A DNA stretch of 64,000 nt from an uncultured Candidatus Rokubacteria bacterium (GTDB taxonomy: Bacteria > Methylomirabilota > Methylomirabilia > Rokubacteriales > CSP1-6): NCBI GenBank assembly GCA_963771355.1, contig CAVYTA010000006.1, forward strand, positions 1,216,001 to 1,280,000. The letters are read 5' to 3'. Each line of letters begins with the position of its first letter. Positions within the stretch are counted from its first letter, which is position 1. Made by a program: the position numbers and the translations under genes. Below, in pieces: positions 9,776 to 21,143 of this stretch. Under the pieces are notes generated by a model, which saw nothing but the letters and a program-made list of their open reading frames with translations, searched no databases and was not told the origin of the DNA.

Positions 9776-11500
9776 ATGAGCAGGATCGTCGCGACGAGCC
9801 GCGGACGGCTGGAGGGCAGCGAGGAAGGCGGTCTCGTCGTCTTCCGCGGCATTCCGTTCGCGCGGGCGCCGGTGGGCCCGCGCCGCTTCCGCCCGCCCGA
9901 GCCGGCGGAGCCGTGGGACGGCGTCCGTGAGGTCCGGCGCTTCGGTCCAGCGGCTCCGCAGAACGCCGCCGAGATGGGGCCGATCTTCCGACTCGGGATC
10001 GGCGAGACCAGCGAGGACTGCCTCTACCTGAACGTGTGGACCCCCGCTCCCGACGGCGCGCGGCGGCCGGTGCTGGTGTGGATCCACGGGGGCGCCTTCG
10101 TACTGGGCGCCGGCTCGCAGCTCCTCTACGACGGCTCCACCCTCGCCCGGCGCGGCGACGTCGTGGTCGTCACCCTCAACTACCGGCTCGGCACCCTCGG
10201 GTTCCTCCACCTCGCCACGCGCTTCGGGACGGACCTGCCCGCCACCGGCAATGAGGGGCTGCTCGACCAGATCGCCGCGCTCCAGTGGGTACGCGACGAG
10301 ATCGCGTCCTTCGGCGGCGATCCCGGCAACGTCACCATCTTCGGCGAGTCGGCGGGGTCCATGAGCTGCGCCACACTACTAGGGACCCCGCGCGCCCAGG
10401 GTCTCTTCCACCGCGCCATCCTCCAGTCCGGGGCCGCCAACTACGTGTGGTCCCGGGAGACCGCCGCGGCCGTCGCCGAGGCGGTCCTGGTCGCGCTCGA
10501 CATCGGGACGGCGGAGGCGCTATCCGCAGTCCCGCCCGAGCGGCTGCTCGCCGCCCAGCGCCGCATCTTCCTCGCGCTCGTGCTCGGCCGGGAGCACCTC
10601 CTCAATGACCTGTCCCCGGGGGGACAGCGAGTGGTGGGCGCGGCCTTCCTCGGCCTGACGCTGGCGCGCCGACCGCTCGGCGGGGCGGCCGGCGCGCTCA
10701 CGCGCGGCCTCGTCGGCGTGCTCCGGCGGCGCCAGCGGGCGCGCGCGTCGAGATCGACGCCTTCCGAGACGCCCCCCCTGCTCGTCGGGCTCCGCACGCG
10801 GGGACTGCCGTTCCAGCCGGTGGTGGACGGCCAGCTCCTGCCGCGGCCGCCCCTGGAGGCCATCGGGGGCGGGATGGCGCGACGGGTCCCCGTGCTCGTG
10901 GGGACGAACCGCGACGAGTCGAAGCTCTTTCTCTTCCTCGATCCCGAAGCCGGCGCGCTCGACGCGGCGGGCCTCGAGCGGCGCTGCGTGGAGATTCTCG
11001 GCGAGCACGCCGCGCGGGCGGTGGCGGTGTACCGGGCGGCGCGGCAGGCGCGCGGCGAGTCGATCGAGCCGGCCGAGCTCTGGGCCGCGATCGAATCGGA
11101 CCGGACCATGCGCCATCCCGCCATGCGGCTCGCCGAGCGGCAGCGGGCGCATCAGTCGCGCACCTACGCGTACCTCTTCACCTGGCCTTCACCCTTCATG
11201 GGCGGCATCCTCGGCGCCTGCCACGCCCTCGAGCTCCCCTTCGTCTTCGGCACCCTGGGCCATCCGTTGCTCCGCCCGTTCGCGGGCAAGGGGCCCGCCG
11301 CCGAGGCGTTCGCCGCAAAAATCCAGGACGCCTGGCTGGCTTTCGCACGCACCGGCGATCCCTCCCACGGAGGGATCGGAGACTGGCCCGCCTACGACGC
11401 GACCCGCCGGGCCACCATGGTGCTCGACCGCGAGTGCCGGGTGGAGCTCGCCCCCCGCGAGCCAGAACGCGCCTTCTGGGACTCGCTGGGTTCGGACTAG
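9776..11500 (+). CDS. Type B carboxylesterase/lipase
   Basis: FRGIPFA, SEDCLYLNVWTP, WIHGG, GESAG nucleophile motif, GTNRDE, GACHALELPFVFG. Confidence 0.95.
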   Translation: MSRIVATSRGRLEGSEEGGLVVFRGIPFARAPVGPRRFRPPEPAEPWDGVREVRRFGPAAPQNAAEMGPIFRLGIGETSEDCLYLNVWTPAPDGARRPVLVWIHGGAFVLGAGSQLLYDGSTLARRGDVVVVTLNYRLGTLGFLHLATRFGTDLPATGNEGLLDQIAALQWVRDEIASFGGDPGNVTIFGESAGSMSCATLLGTPRAQGLFHRAILQSGAANYVWSRETAAAVAEAVLVALDIGTAEALSAVPPERLLAAQRRIFLALVLGREHLLNDLSPGGQRVVGAAFLGLTLARRPLGGAAGALTRGLVGVLRRRQRARASRSTPSETPPLLVGLRTRGLPFQPVVDGQLLPRPPLEAIGGGMARRVPVLVGTNRDESKLFLFLDPEAGALDAAGLERRCVEILGEHAARAVAVYRAARQARGESIEPAELWAAIESDRTMRHPAMRLAERQRAHQSRTYAYLFTWPSPFMGGILGACHALELPFVFGTLGHPLLRPFAGKGPAAEAFAAKIQDAWLAFARTGDPSHGGIGDWPAYDATRRATMVLDRECRVELAPREPERAFWDSLGSD

Positions 11501-11534
11501 GGGCTGTAGCTGGCGCGAGCTAGACGAACGGCAA

Positions 11535-12924
11535 CCGGGCGTCGAGAAGGGTCCAGATGCGAGGCGGCGCCCGAGATCCGCCTGCGAGGCGTACCCCTGG
11601 TACGTTGAGCAGTGGGCTTGCCCCGCTTTCGTGGACACCCCCCGCACAAACGTGCGATAGGAGTGGTCCATGAGCGAGCGACGGAAGCGGCGGACGTTTA
11701 GCGAGGCCTTCAAGGCGGAAGCAGTGCGGCTCGTGCGGGATGAGGGCAAGACCGTGGCCGCGGCGGCGCGGGCGCTCGATCTCGCGCGAGTCGGCGTTGC
11801 GGCTCTGGGTCCGCGATGCCGAGCGCGAGGCGCGGCACACCGGGGCGCTGAGTAACGGCGGAGCGCAAAGAGCTGGAGCAGTTGCGGCGAGAGAACCGCA
11901 CGCTCCGGATGGAGCGCGACATCCTGAAAAAAAGCGACGGCCTTCTTCGCCAAGGACCACGCGTGAGGTTCGCGTTCATCCAGGCGGAGAAGGCCACCTT
12001 CCCGGTCACGGTACTCTGCCGGGTGCTGGGGGTCTCCCGTGCGGGCTTCTACGCCGCTCAGAGCCGCCCGGTGCCGCCGCGGGTCACGGCGGATGCCCGG
12101 CTGGCGGTGCAGATCGCCGCGATCCACCGGGCGAGCCGACGGTGCTACGGCAGCCCGCGCGTGCACGCCGAGCTGCGGGCCCGCGGGCAGGGCACCAGTC
12201 GCAAGCGGGTGGCGCGGCTCATGCGGCGCGCCGGGTTGGCGGCCCGCCGCCGCCGGGCCTTCCGGGTCACCACCCAGTCGCGGCATACCCACCCGGTGGC
12301 CCCGAACCGGCTGGCCCGGCAGTTCACGGCCCCAGTCCCGGATCGCGTCTGGGTGACCGACATCACGTACCTGGCGACGGTCGAGGGCTGGCTGTACCTG
12401 GCGGTGGTGCTGGATCTGTTTTCCCGCCGGGTCGTCGGTTGGGCCGCGAGCGACCGCCTCGGCGAAGGCGTCGCGCTCGAGGCGCTTGGGAATGGGGCTG
12501 GCCCGGCGCCGGCCGCGGCCCGGGCTGCTGCATCACTCGGATCGGGGCTCGCAGTATGCCAGTGCGGAGTATCGCGCGGTCCTGGCCGGGCACGGGATGG
12601 ACACCGCAGCATGAGCGCGGGTGCGGCCAGCTGCTGGGACAACGCCGTGGCCGAGAGCTTCTTCGCCGACGCTCAAGGTCGAGCTCGACCACGACGGCGC
12701 CTGGCGGACGCGGGCGGAGGCGCACCGCGCGGTGTTTGACTACATCGAACTCTTCTACAACAGCGCACGCGGCGGCACTCGACGCCTCGGCTATCTCAGC
12801 CCGCGTGGCCGTTCGAACGGCAGTGGCAGCACACCGCGTAGTGAACCTGTCCACGGAATCGGGGCAAGTCCAGCAGGCGGACGAGTGGCGCCAACGAAGC
12901 AGATGGGCCCTTATCGGCGCCCGG
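11535..12924. repeat. About 126-bp nested palindromic element (REP/MITE-like) interrupted by IS3
   Basis: Removing the IS restores the pairings CCGGGCGTCGAGAAGGGTCCA/TGGGCCCTTATCGGCGCCCGG, GGCGCC/GGCGCC, TCCGCCTGC/GCAGGCGGA and CGTAC/GTACG. Confidence 0.75.
11613..12872 (+). mobile_element. IS3 family insertion sequence (1260 bp) with frameshifted transposase
   Basis: TG...CA ends; 25-bp IRs TGGGCTTGCCCCGCTTTCGTGGACA / TGGACTTGCCCCGATTCCGTGGACA (22/25); 4-bp target duplication GCAG; OrfA (RRTFSEAFKAEAVRLV) and OrfB (YGSPRV, WVTDITY, WDNAVAESFF); A7G slippery site at 11927-11934. Confidence 0.95.
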
Positions 12925-12926
12925 CG

Positions 12927-13688
12927 CTAGCCGGCGGTGTGGCCGCCGTCCAGAAAGATCGTCTGCCCCGTCATGTAGGACGAGGCGGACGAGGCCAGGT
13001 AGACCGCGAGGGGACCGATCTCGGACAGCTCGCCCGTCCTCCGCATGGGCACATCGCGCAGGAGCCGGTCGCGGACCTTCGGGTCCGCAAAGGCCTCCGC
13101 GTTCATGTCGGTGACGAACCAGCCCGGCGCGATGGCGTTGACCTGCACGTCGTAACGCGCCCACTCCACGGCGAGGCACTTGGTGAACGCGATGACGCCG
13201 CCCTTGGACGCGGCGTAGGACGTGTAGCCGGCCAGCCCGGCGGTCGCCATCACCGACGCCATGTTGATGACCTTGCCGGACATCTGTCCGGTGAGCTGCG
13301 CGGCGGCGGCGCGGCAGCCGTTGAAGACTCCCACGAGATTGACCTGGATGGTCCGGACGAACTCCTCCGGCGGCATCTCGAGCACCGGTCGCACGCCGGC
13401 GATCCCGGAGTTGTTCACGACGATGTGGAGACCGCCCAGCCCGCCGATGGTCCGCGCGACCAGGGCCTCCACCTGCGCGTACTCGGCCACGTCGGTGCGC
13501 ACCGCGAGGGCCCGCCGCCCGAGCTTCTCCACCTGGTGCGCGGTCTCATCGATCTCGGCGGTGGAGCGGGCGGCCACCGCCACATCGGCGCCGGCCTCCG
13601 CGAGAGCCAGGGCCATCGCCCGCCCCAGCCCGCGGCTGGCCCCCGTGACGATCGCTATCCTGCCGTCGAGATGAAACGGGGTCCCCAT
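12927..13688 (-). CDS. SDR family oxidoreductase
   Basis: TGASRGLG, NNSG, YAASKGG, VNAIAPG. Confidence 0.92.
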   Translation of the reverse strand: MGTPFHLDGRIAIVTGASRGLGRAMALALAEAGADVAVAARSTAEIDETAHQVEKLGRRALAVRTDVAEYAQVEALVARTIGGLGGLHIVVNNSGIAGVRPVLEMPPEEFVRTIQVNLVGVFNGCRAAAAQLTGQMSGKVINMASVMATAGLAGYTSYAASKGGVIAFTKCLAVEWARYDVQVNAIAPGWFVTDMNAEAFADPKVRDRLLRDVPMRRTGELSEIGPLAVYLASSASSYMTGQTIFLDGGHTAG

Positions 13689-13693
13689 CAGTC

Positions 13694-15487
<1,794 letters not shown>

Positions 15488-15497
15488 GGTTGTCTCC

Positions 15498-17009
15498 TCA
15501 CACCTGTGTGCGGAGCTCTTTGCGCAGGACCTTCCCGATCGGGCTCTTGGGAAGGGCCTCCACGAAGCGCACCTGCTTGGGGCACTTGTAGCGGGCCAGC
15601 CGGGTCTGGCAGAAGGCCATGACCTCGTCGGCGGTGGCGTTCTGGCCGTCGCGGAGCACCACGAAGGCGAGGACGTCCTCGCCCATGAGGGGATCCGGCA
15701 TCCCGATCACCGCGGCCTCCGCCGTCTTCGGAAACGCGTAGAGGGTCTCCTCCACCTCGCGGGGGTAGATGTTGAAGCCGCCGCGGATGATGAGATCCTT
15801 CTTCCGCTCGACGATGTAGAGGAAGCCGTCCCCGTCCAGGCGCCCCATGTCGCCGGTGTGGAGCCAGCCGCCCCGCACCGTGCGCGCCGTCTCGTCGGGA
15901 TCGCGGTAGTAGCCGAGCATCACGTTCGGGCCCTTCACGCACACCTCGCCCACCTCGCCCGGGGGCAGCGGCCGGTCGGCGTCGTCCTGGATGGTGACCG
16001 ACACCCCCGGGATGGGCTGGCCCACCGAGCCCAGCTTGCGCACCCCGGACAGCCGATGCGCCGATACCACCGGCGCGGCCTCGGTGAGCCCATAGCCCTC
16101 CATCATCTTGCCGCCGAACTTCCGCTCGAAGGGCTCGACCACCTCCACCGGGAGCGGCGCCGCCCCCGAGCCCCAGACCCGCATCGACGAGGTGTCGAAG
16201 CGGTCCGCCTCGGGATAGTTGAGGAGGTAGAGGAACATGGTGGGAACGCCCGACATCGCGCTGGCCCGGAATTTCTGGATGGTCTCCAGCACCGCCTCCG
16301 GGTTGAACCAGCGCAGCAGCACCGCGCGGGTGCCGAGGATGCTTCCCGCGTTCATGAGGGTGAGCCCGTACGAATGCGACAGCGGCAGCACTGCCACCGC
16401 CCACTCGCGCCGGTCCAGCTCGTAGAGCTCGGCGGCGGCGCGGGCGTTGGCGGCGAGGTTCGCGTGGGACAGCGCCACCCCCTTCGGCCTCCCCGTGGTG
16501 CCGGAGGTGTAGAGGATCACTGCGACCTCGTCGTCCTCGCGGTCGATGGTCTCGAAGCGCTCGTGCTCCCCCGCCGTCTCCGCGGCGAAGGACCGGGTGC
16601 GGCCGTCGGGGTCACCCTCGCCGTCCACCACCAGCACGTGGCGGAGCGTGGGGAGCACTCCGATCTGGTCCTCGACCTTCCACACCATGTCGGGGGACGT
16701 GATCACCACCTTGGCCTCGGAGTGGGCGAGGATATGCGCCACCTCGGCGGATCCCAGAAGGAAGATCACCGGCACGATCACCGCGCCCGCCTTGAGAATG
16801 CCGCCGTAGCTCTGGGTGACCTCGGGGCAGTTCGGGAGCATCACCGCCACCCGGTCGCCCGGCTCCACGCCCAGGCGCCGGAGGGCGTTGGCGAGACGGC
16901 GCGACGCGCGATCGGCTTCGACATTGGTGATCTCGCGCCCCTCGAAGGACAGCGACACGAACTCGCCGTACTTGCCGAGGCTGTCCTCCCCGAGCCGGGC
17001 CAGGTTCAT
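15498..17009 (-). CDS. Long-chain-fatty-acid--CoA ligase (FadD/LcfA-like)
   Basis: YTSGTTGRPKG, EGYGLTE, TGDMG, PKSPIGK. Confidence 0.93.
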   Translation of the reverse strand: MNLARLGEDSLGKYGEFVSLSFEGREITNVEADRASRRLANALRRLGVEPGDRVAVMLPNCPEVTQSYGGILKAGAVIVPVIFLLGSAEVAHILAHSEAKVVITSPDMVWKVEDQIGVLPTLRHVLVVDGEGDPDGRTRSFAAETAGEHERFETIDREDDEVAVILYTSGTTGRPKGVALSHANLAANARAAAELYELDRREWAVAVLPLSHSYGLTLMNAGSILGTRAVLLRWFNPEAVLETIQKFRASAMSGVPTMFLYLLNYPEADRFDTSSMRVWGSGAAPLPVEVVEPFERKFGGKMMEGYGLTEAAPVVSAHRLSGVRKLGSVGQPIPGVSVTIQDDADRPLPPGEVGEVCVKGPNVMLGYYRDPDETARTVRGGWLHTGDMGRLDGDGFLYIVERKKDLIIRGGFNIYPREVEETLYAFPKTAEAAVIGMPDPLMGEDVLAFVVLRDGQNATADEVMAFCQTRLARYKCPKQVRFVEALPKSPIGKVLRKELRTQV

Positions 17010-17021
17010 GGCGGCAGTATC

Positions 17022-17348
17022 TTAGCGGGGCGTCACGCGGAACGCCTCGATGGAATTCGAGCTGGCGCGGTAGACCCCTTCCACCTCCACCGGCGCCCCC
17101 GGCCGCGCCGGGAAGGCTCCCGGCGCCACCACGTCCACGCTCATCCCGCCCGACATGAGGGTGAAGCGCTGGCTGGCTCCGCTCGGCACGCCCGCGATGC
17201 CCACCGTGCCGGTGACGATCACCTGCTGCTGGTCGAACCGGCCGCGCTCGGTGAACAGCACCGAGAGGGGAACCGGCTGGGCCAGGGCGGGAGATCCCGT
17301 CACCACCATCGCGAACGCCAGCAGCAACCCCGTCAGCAATCTTTTCAT
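17022..17348 (-). CDS. Small exported protein, probable OB fold
   Basis: Signal peptide; VIVTGTV...VEVEGVY beta-strand pattern. Confidence 0.7.
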   Translation of the reverse strand: MKRLLTGLLLAFAMVVTGSPALAQPVPLSVLFTERGRFDQQQVIVTGTVGIAGVPSGASQRFTLMSGGMSVDVVAPGAFPARPGAPVEVEGVYRASSNSIEAFRVTPR

Positions 17349-18037
17349 GAGCAGTCCTCCTTGATCGCCTCGAGCCGCGCGATGGGGCTCGGGTGCGTCG
17401 AAAGCCAGTTGAAGTATTCGGGCCGCCGGCTCTCCCGCGCCAGGCGCCGGAGCAGCGCGGCGAGCGCGCGACAGCGGGTGCCGTCGCCCGGCAGCCGGTT
17501 CAGCAGCTCCACCGCGTAGCGGTCCGCTGCGCGCTCCTCGTCGCGGTCATAGGCGCGGAACTTGGCCAGCTCGGCGGGCTGGCGCGAGAGCATGGGCCCC
17601 GCGCCGCGCTCCTCCTGCCGGCGGGCCCGGCGCGCCACCGCGTGCTCCAGCTCCACATGTCCCAGCTCGTGCGCGAGCGCGGCGCGCAGCTCCTCAGGGG
17701 GAAGCTGCGCCAGCGCGCCTTCGGTCACGAGGAGGCTGAAGCGGCATGACGGGTGCGGCGCCACGCCGAGGTTGATGTGCTTCATCGGCAGGATCCCGAG
17801 GCCCACCGCGCAGCCGTCTTCCGGGCCCCGCCATACCCCGGAGGCGCGCAGGAGCGGGGCCAGGGCCGCCGAGATACGGAACCGGTCGTCCTCCGTCGGC
17901 GCCCGGGGTTGTACTGCCGGGCGGACGGGCGGCTTCTGCTTCTGCTGAGGGGCCTGGGAGGCACAGCCGGCCAGGAACGCCAGGGCGAGGAGAGCAATGG
18001 CTCCCAAAGGCCGACACCTTGACGCAATATAGCGCAT
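17345..18037 (-). CDS. M48 family metallopeptidase, lipoprotein (start uncertain)
   Basis: LAGC lipobox, AHELGH, EERAAD, STHP. Confidence 0.88.
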   Translation of the reverse strand: MRYIASRCRPLGAIALLALAFLAGCASQAPQQKQKPPVRPAVQPRAPTEDDRFRISAALAPLLRASGVWRGPEDGCAVGLGILPMKHINLGVAPHPSCRFSLLVTEGALAQLPPEELRAALAHELGHVELEHAVARRARRQEERGAGPMLSRQPAELAKFRAYDRDEERAADRYAVELLNRLPGDGTRCRALAALLRRLARESRRPEYFNWLSTHPSPIARLEAIKEDCS

Positions 18038-18048
18038 TGCGTTATCAT
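18019..18048 (+). promoter_or_regulatory. Sigma70-type promoter of the phasin-like gene, overlapped by a palindrome
   Basis: TTGACG-18 bp-TATCAT; inverted repeat TGACGCAAT-N7-ATTGCGTTA. Confidence 0.55.
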
Positions 18049-18115
18049 GACTCCATGGTTACGCCGCACTGTGACAACGGCGTCACGAATGCTTCCGAGA
18101 CGGAGGAAACGATCA

Positions 18116-18565
18116 ATGACGATGGCCACCCCAGGAACTGACCTCTTCGCCCAGATGACCGGCACCGCCGTGGAGATGTTCACCCTCTACGCCGACATGA
18201 ACCAGAAGGTTCTCCGCGAGCTGGTCGACCTCTCCGCCAGCGCCGCCAAGGAAGGCGTCCGCCTTTACGCGGAGCTCCAGTCCTCGGCGGTCGAGGCGGT
18301 GAAGGATGGCCAGGCCTATGCCCTCCGACGCCAGACCGACTTGCAGGACCCGCCGACGGACCCGCTCGCCTTCTGCCAGCGCGGCATGCTGGATTCGACG
18401 GAGGGCGCGCAGCGAGCCTTCAAGCTCTTCGAGGACAATGCCCAGGCGGTGACGCGGTCGGCCGAGCGGCTCCAGGTCAGCGCCGATCAGGCCGGCAAGG
18501 AGATCCAGGCCACCTTGGCCCACCTCTCGGATCGGGTGAAGTCGCTCTACGCACCCCTCGCCTAG
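18116..18565 (+). CDS. Phasin-like PHA granule-associated protein
   Basis: GGAGG RBS; about 149 aa, helical, Ala/Gln-rich; adjacent to phaR. Confidence 0.65.
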   Translation: MTMATPGTDLFAQMTGTAVEMFTLYADMNQKVLRELVDLSASAAKEGVRLYAELQSSAVEAVKDGQAYALRRQTDLQDPPTDPLAFCQRGMLDSTEGAQRAFKLFEDNAQAVTRSAERLQVSADQAGKEIQATLAHLSDRVKSLYAPLA

Positions 18566-18609
18566 CACCATCGAGTGGTGGACGCGGGCCGGGCCGTCCC
18601 GGCCCGCGA

Positions 18610-19116
18610 TCACTTCTCGCGTCGCTTCTCCAGCCGCTCCTCCAGCGCGCGCAGCTGCTCGCGGAGCGCCGCCACCTCGTCCCGCAGCGCCTCCGCCTCG
18701 CCCGCTCCCTCAGCCTTGCGCTCGGACGCCCCCGCCGGCGGCGCGGCCTTCGGGGCCGTCGCCCAGCCCGCGCGCGACGCCCATTCGCGGAACACGCGGT
18801 CGGCCTCGCGCTGGCTGGTCATGATGGCGTCGAGACTCGACTTCATCGTGCCCTGCACGAAGTCCTGCCAGGCCTGGCCGTGCTTGATGAGCTGGTGGAG
18901 GAAGGCGGTGGGGAGCGCGGCGCGGTGGTTGCGCTCGTTCTCGAGAATGATCTGGGCCAGCGTCACCGAGGTGAGATCCTCGCCGGTGGACACGTCCACC
19001 ACCGAGATCTCCTTGCCGGCGCGGATCAGCTCCTCGAGCTCCTCCAGCGTGACGTAACGGCTCTCCTGCGTGTCGTAAAGCTTACGGTTGGAGTACCGTT
19101 TGATCACGTACGCCAT
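18610..19116 (-). CDS. phaR: PHA synthesis repressor PhaR
   Basis: IKRYSNRKLYDTQESRYVTL...TGEDLTSVTLAQIILE (PHB accumulation regulator N-domain). Confidence 0.92.
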   Translation of the reverse strand: MAYVIKRYSNRKLYDTQESRYVTLEELEELIRAGKEISVVDVSTGEDLTSVTLAQIILENERNHRAALPTAFLHQLIKHGQAWQDFVQGTMKSSLDAIMTSQREADRVFREWASRAGWATAPKAAPPAGASERKAEGAGEAEALRDEVAALREQLRALEERLEKRREK

Positions 19117-19214
19117 GGCGGGAGTCTAACACCGCGCGTCAGGGCCCACAAGCCGCCACCCCCTCGCCCTGATATACTGGCGCACCCTTCACGACCTCGT
19201 CAGGAGGACGCGCC

Positions 19215-19958
19215 ATGTTGCTCGAAGGACGCACCGCGCTCGTCACCGGAGGCTCCCGCGGCATCGGACGCGCCATCGCGCTCGCGCTCGCCGAGGAGGG
19301 CGCCGACGTCGCCATCAACTACGTCTCCAGCGAGGCCACCGCCCGCAGCGTGGCGGACCAGGTCCAGAAGCTGGGTCGCCGAGTCATGCTCGCCCAGGCC
19401 GACGTGGCCGATTACCCCGACACCTATCGGATGGCGCAGGACGTGCTGAAGGAGTTCGGGCACGTCGACATCCTCGTCAACAACGCCGGCATCACGTCGG
19501 ACAAGAGCTTCGTGAAGATGGACCACGCCTCCTGGCGCCGGGTGCTGGCCATCAATCTCGACGGGGTCTTCAACTGCACCAAGGTGTTCATCGACCAGAT
19601 GCTCAAGCAGAGCTTCGGCCGGGTGGTGAACATCACCTCGGTCATCGGTCAGATCGGCAACTTCGGGCAGGCCAACTACGCCGCCTCCAAGGCGGGCGTG
19701 GCCGCGTTCACCAAGTCCCTGGCCAAGGAGCTGGCGGGCAAGGGCATCACCGTGAACTGCGTGGCGCCGGGCTTCACCGAGACCGACATGGTCACCGCCA
19801 TTCCGGAGAAGGTGCGCGCCAAGCTGCTGGAGCAGATTCCCATGCGGCGCTTCGGGAAGGCGGAGGAGGTGGCACGCGCCTGCGTCTACCTCTGCTCCAA
19901 GGACGGCGACTACGTGACGGGGGCGGAGCTCTCCATCAACGGGGGGCTGTTCATGTAG
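19215..19958 (+). CDS. phaB: Acetoacetyl-CoA reductase (PhaB/FabG-like)
   Basis: TGGSRGIG, GQIGNFGQANYAASKAG, ELSINGGLFM C-terminus; PHA gene context; TGATATACT extended -10 upstream. Confidence 0.8.
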   Translation: MLLEGRTALVTGGSRGIGRAIALALAEEGADVAINYVSSEATARSVADQVQKLGRRVMLAQADVADYPDTYRMAQDVLKEFGHVDILVNNAGITSDKSFVKMDHASWRRVLAINLDGVFNCTKVFIDQMLKQSFGRVVNITSVIGQIGNFGQANYAASKAGVAAFTKSLAKELAGKGITVNCVAPGFTETDMVTAIPEKVRAKLLEQIPMRRFGKAEEVARACVYLCSKDGDYVTGAELSINGGLFM

Positions 19959-20004
19959 GGCGAGCCGAAGAGCACCCTGTGCTCTGAGGCGAGCAATACG
20001 AAAA

Positions 20005-20613
20005 TCAAGGGCGTCGCCTCACCGCCGCGGCACCGATAGCAGGATCCCCTTGAAGGCGCCGAGGCGCCGCAAGCGCGAGCGCGCTGAGGCTCAGCATCCC
20101 CATCATGGCCGCGCCCTGGGCCGCCCACGCCCACGGGCTCAGCGCCCAGAGCGTCAACAGCGCGGCGGGATCCGCCACCCGCTCGTAGCGCACGGGGGTG
20201 CGCGACGGCATCACCAGGGCCTCGCCGCCGAGCACTTCCTCGCCGCGCTGATTCACACACACGGTCCGGAGCCGAACTCGATTCTTCTCCAAGATGATCT
20301 CGGTCACCTCCACCCGCGCGGTGACGGTGTCGCCCAGCTTCACCGGCCGGAGGAACTTCAGGTCCTGCGAGAGGTAGATGGTACCGGGGCCCGGCAGGCG
20401 CGTGCCGATCACCGCCGACACCAGGCCGGCCGTCCAGATCCCCGGCGCGATTCGCTCCTTGAAGAGCGTGCCGGCGGCGTAGGCCGGATCGGAGTGGATG
20501 GGGTTGTAGTCCCCCACGGAGTCCACGAAGCCCGCGATGTCTCCGTCGGTGGCCACGCGCGTCACCTCCGCGCGGTCGCCCACCTCGATGCGGTCGATGG
20601 TGACTCCGATCAT
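20005..20613 (-). CDS. phaJ: MaoC family (R)-specific enoyl-CoA hydratase (PhaJ-like) with C-terminal extension
   Basis: GDYNPIHSD, IGTRLPGPGTIYLSQDLKFLRPV; ATGA overlap with the upstream gene. Confidence 0.8.
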   Translation of the reverse strand: MIGVTIDRIEVGDRAEVTRVATDGDIAGFVDSVGDYNPIHSDPAYAAGTLFKERIAPGIWTAGLVSAVIGTRLPGPGTIYLSQDLKFLRPVKLGDTVTARVEVTEIILEKNRVRLRTVCVNQRGEEVLGGEALVMPSRTPVRYERVADPAALLTLWALSPWAWAAQGAAMMGMLSLSALALAAPRRLQGDPAIGAAAVRRRP

Positions 20614-21131
20614 GCCGAGCCCACCGGGCCCCGCCCACCCGCCTCCAGACGGCGGAGCACGGCGTCCACCTTGTCCTCCACACCCTCGAGCTTCTCCTCG
20701 AGCTGGATGAGCTGCTGGGCCACCGCGATGAGCTGGCTGCGCGACGCGAGCCCCAGGCCCGCCAGCGACGCCTCCAGCTGCTGCTCGGCCGCCTTCTTCA
20801 CCGGGCTCGCCGCGTTGAGGAAGCCCTCCATCTGCTTGCCGAGGGTCTTGGCGAAGGCCTCGGTGCCCATGGCCTGCTCGAGCACCTTGGACCAGGCGGC
20901 GATCCACTGGTCGAGGAACTGCTTCCACTGGACCATGAGATCCGGCGAGGCCTGCCCCTGCGTCATCACCTTGGACCAGGCGGCGACGCCCTGGTCCATG
21001 AAGGGGCGCCAGAAAGCCTGAGGGTCCATCGGCGCCGCCTGCGGGGTGCCCAGCATCTTGAGCCAGGCCTGGCTCCCCTCCTCCACCTGCTTCTTCCACA
21101 TGTCGAACAGCTGGTTGCTCGCATCCGCCAT
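20610..21131 (-). CDS. phaE: PHA synthase accessory subunit (short PhaE-like)
   Basis: W-rich helices, MGTEAFAK, C-terminal LGLASRSQL...LEEKL coiled coil; directly follows phaC. Confidence 0.75.
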   Translation of the reverse strand: MADASNQLFDMWKKQVEEGSQAWLKMLGTPQAAPMDPQAFWRPFMDQGVAAWSKVMTQGQASPDLMVQWKQFLDQWIAAWSKVLEQAMGTEAFAKTLGKQMEGFLNAASPVKKAAEQQLEASLAGLGLASRSQLIAVAQQLIQLEEKLEGVEDKVDAVLRRLEAGGRGPVGSA

Positions 21132-21143
21132 TGGATGTTCCTC

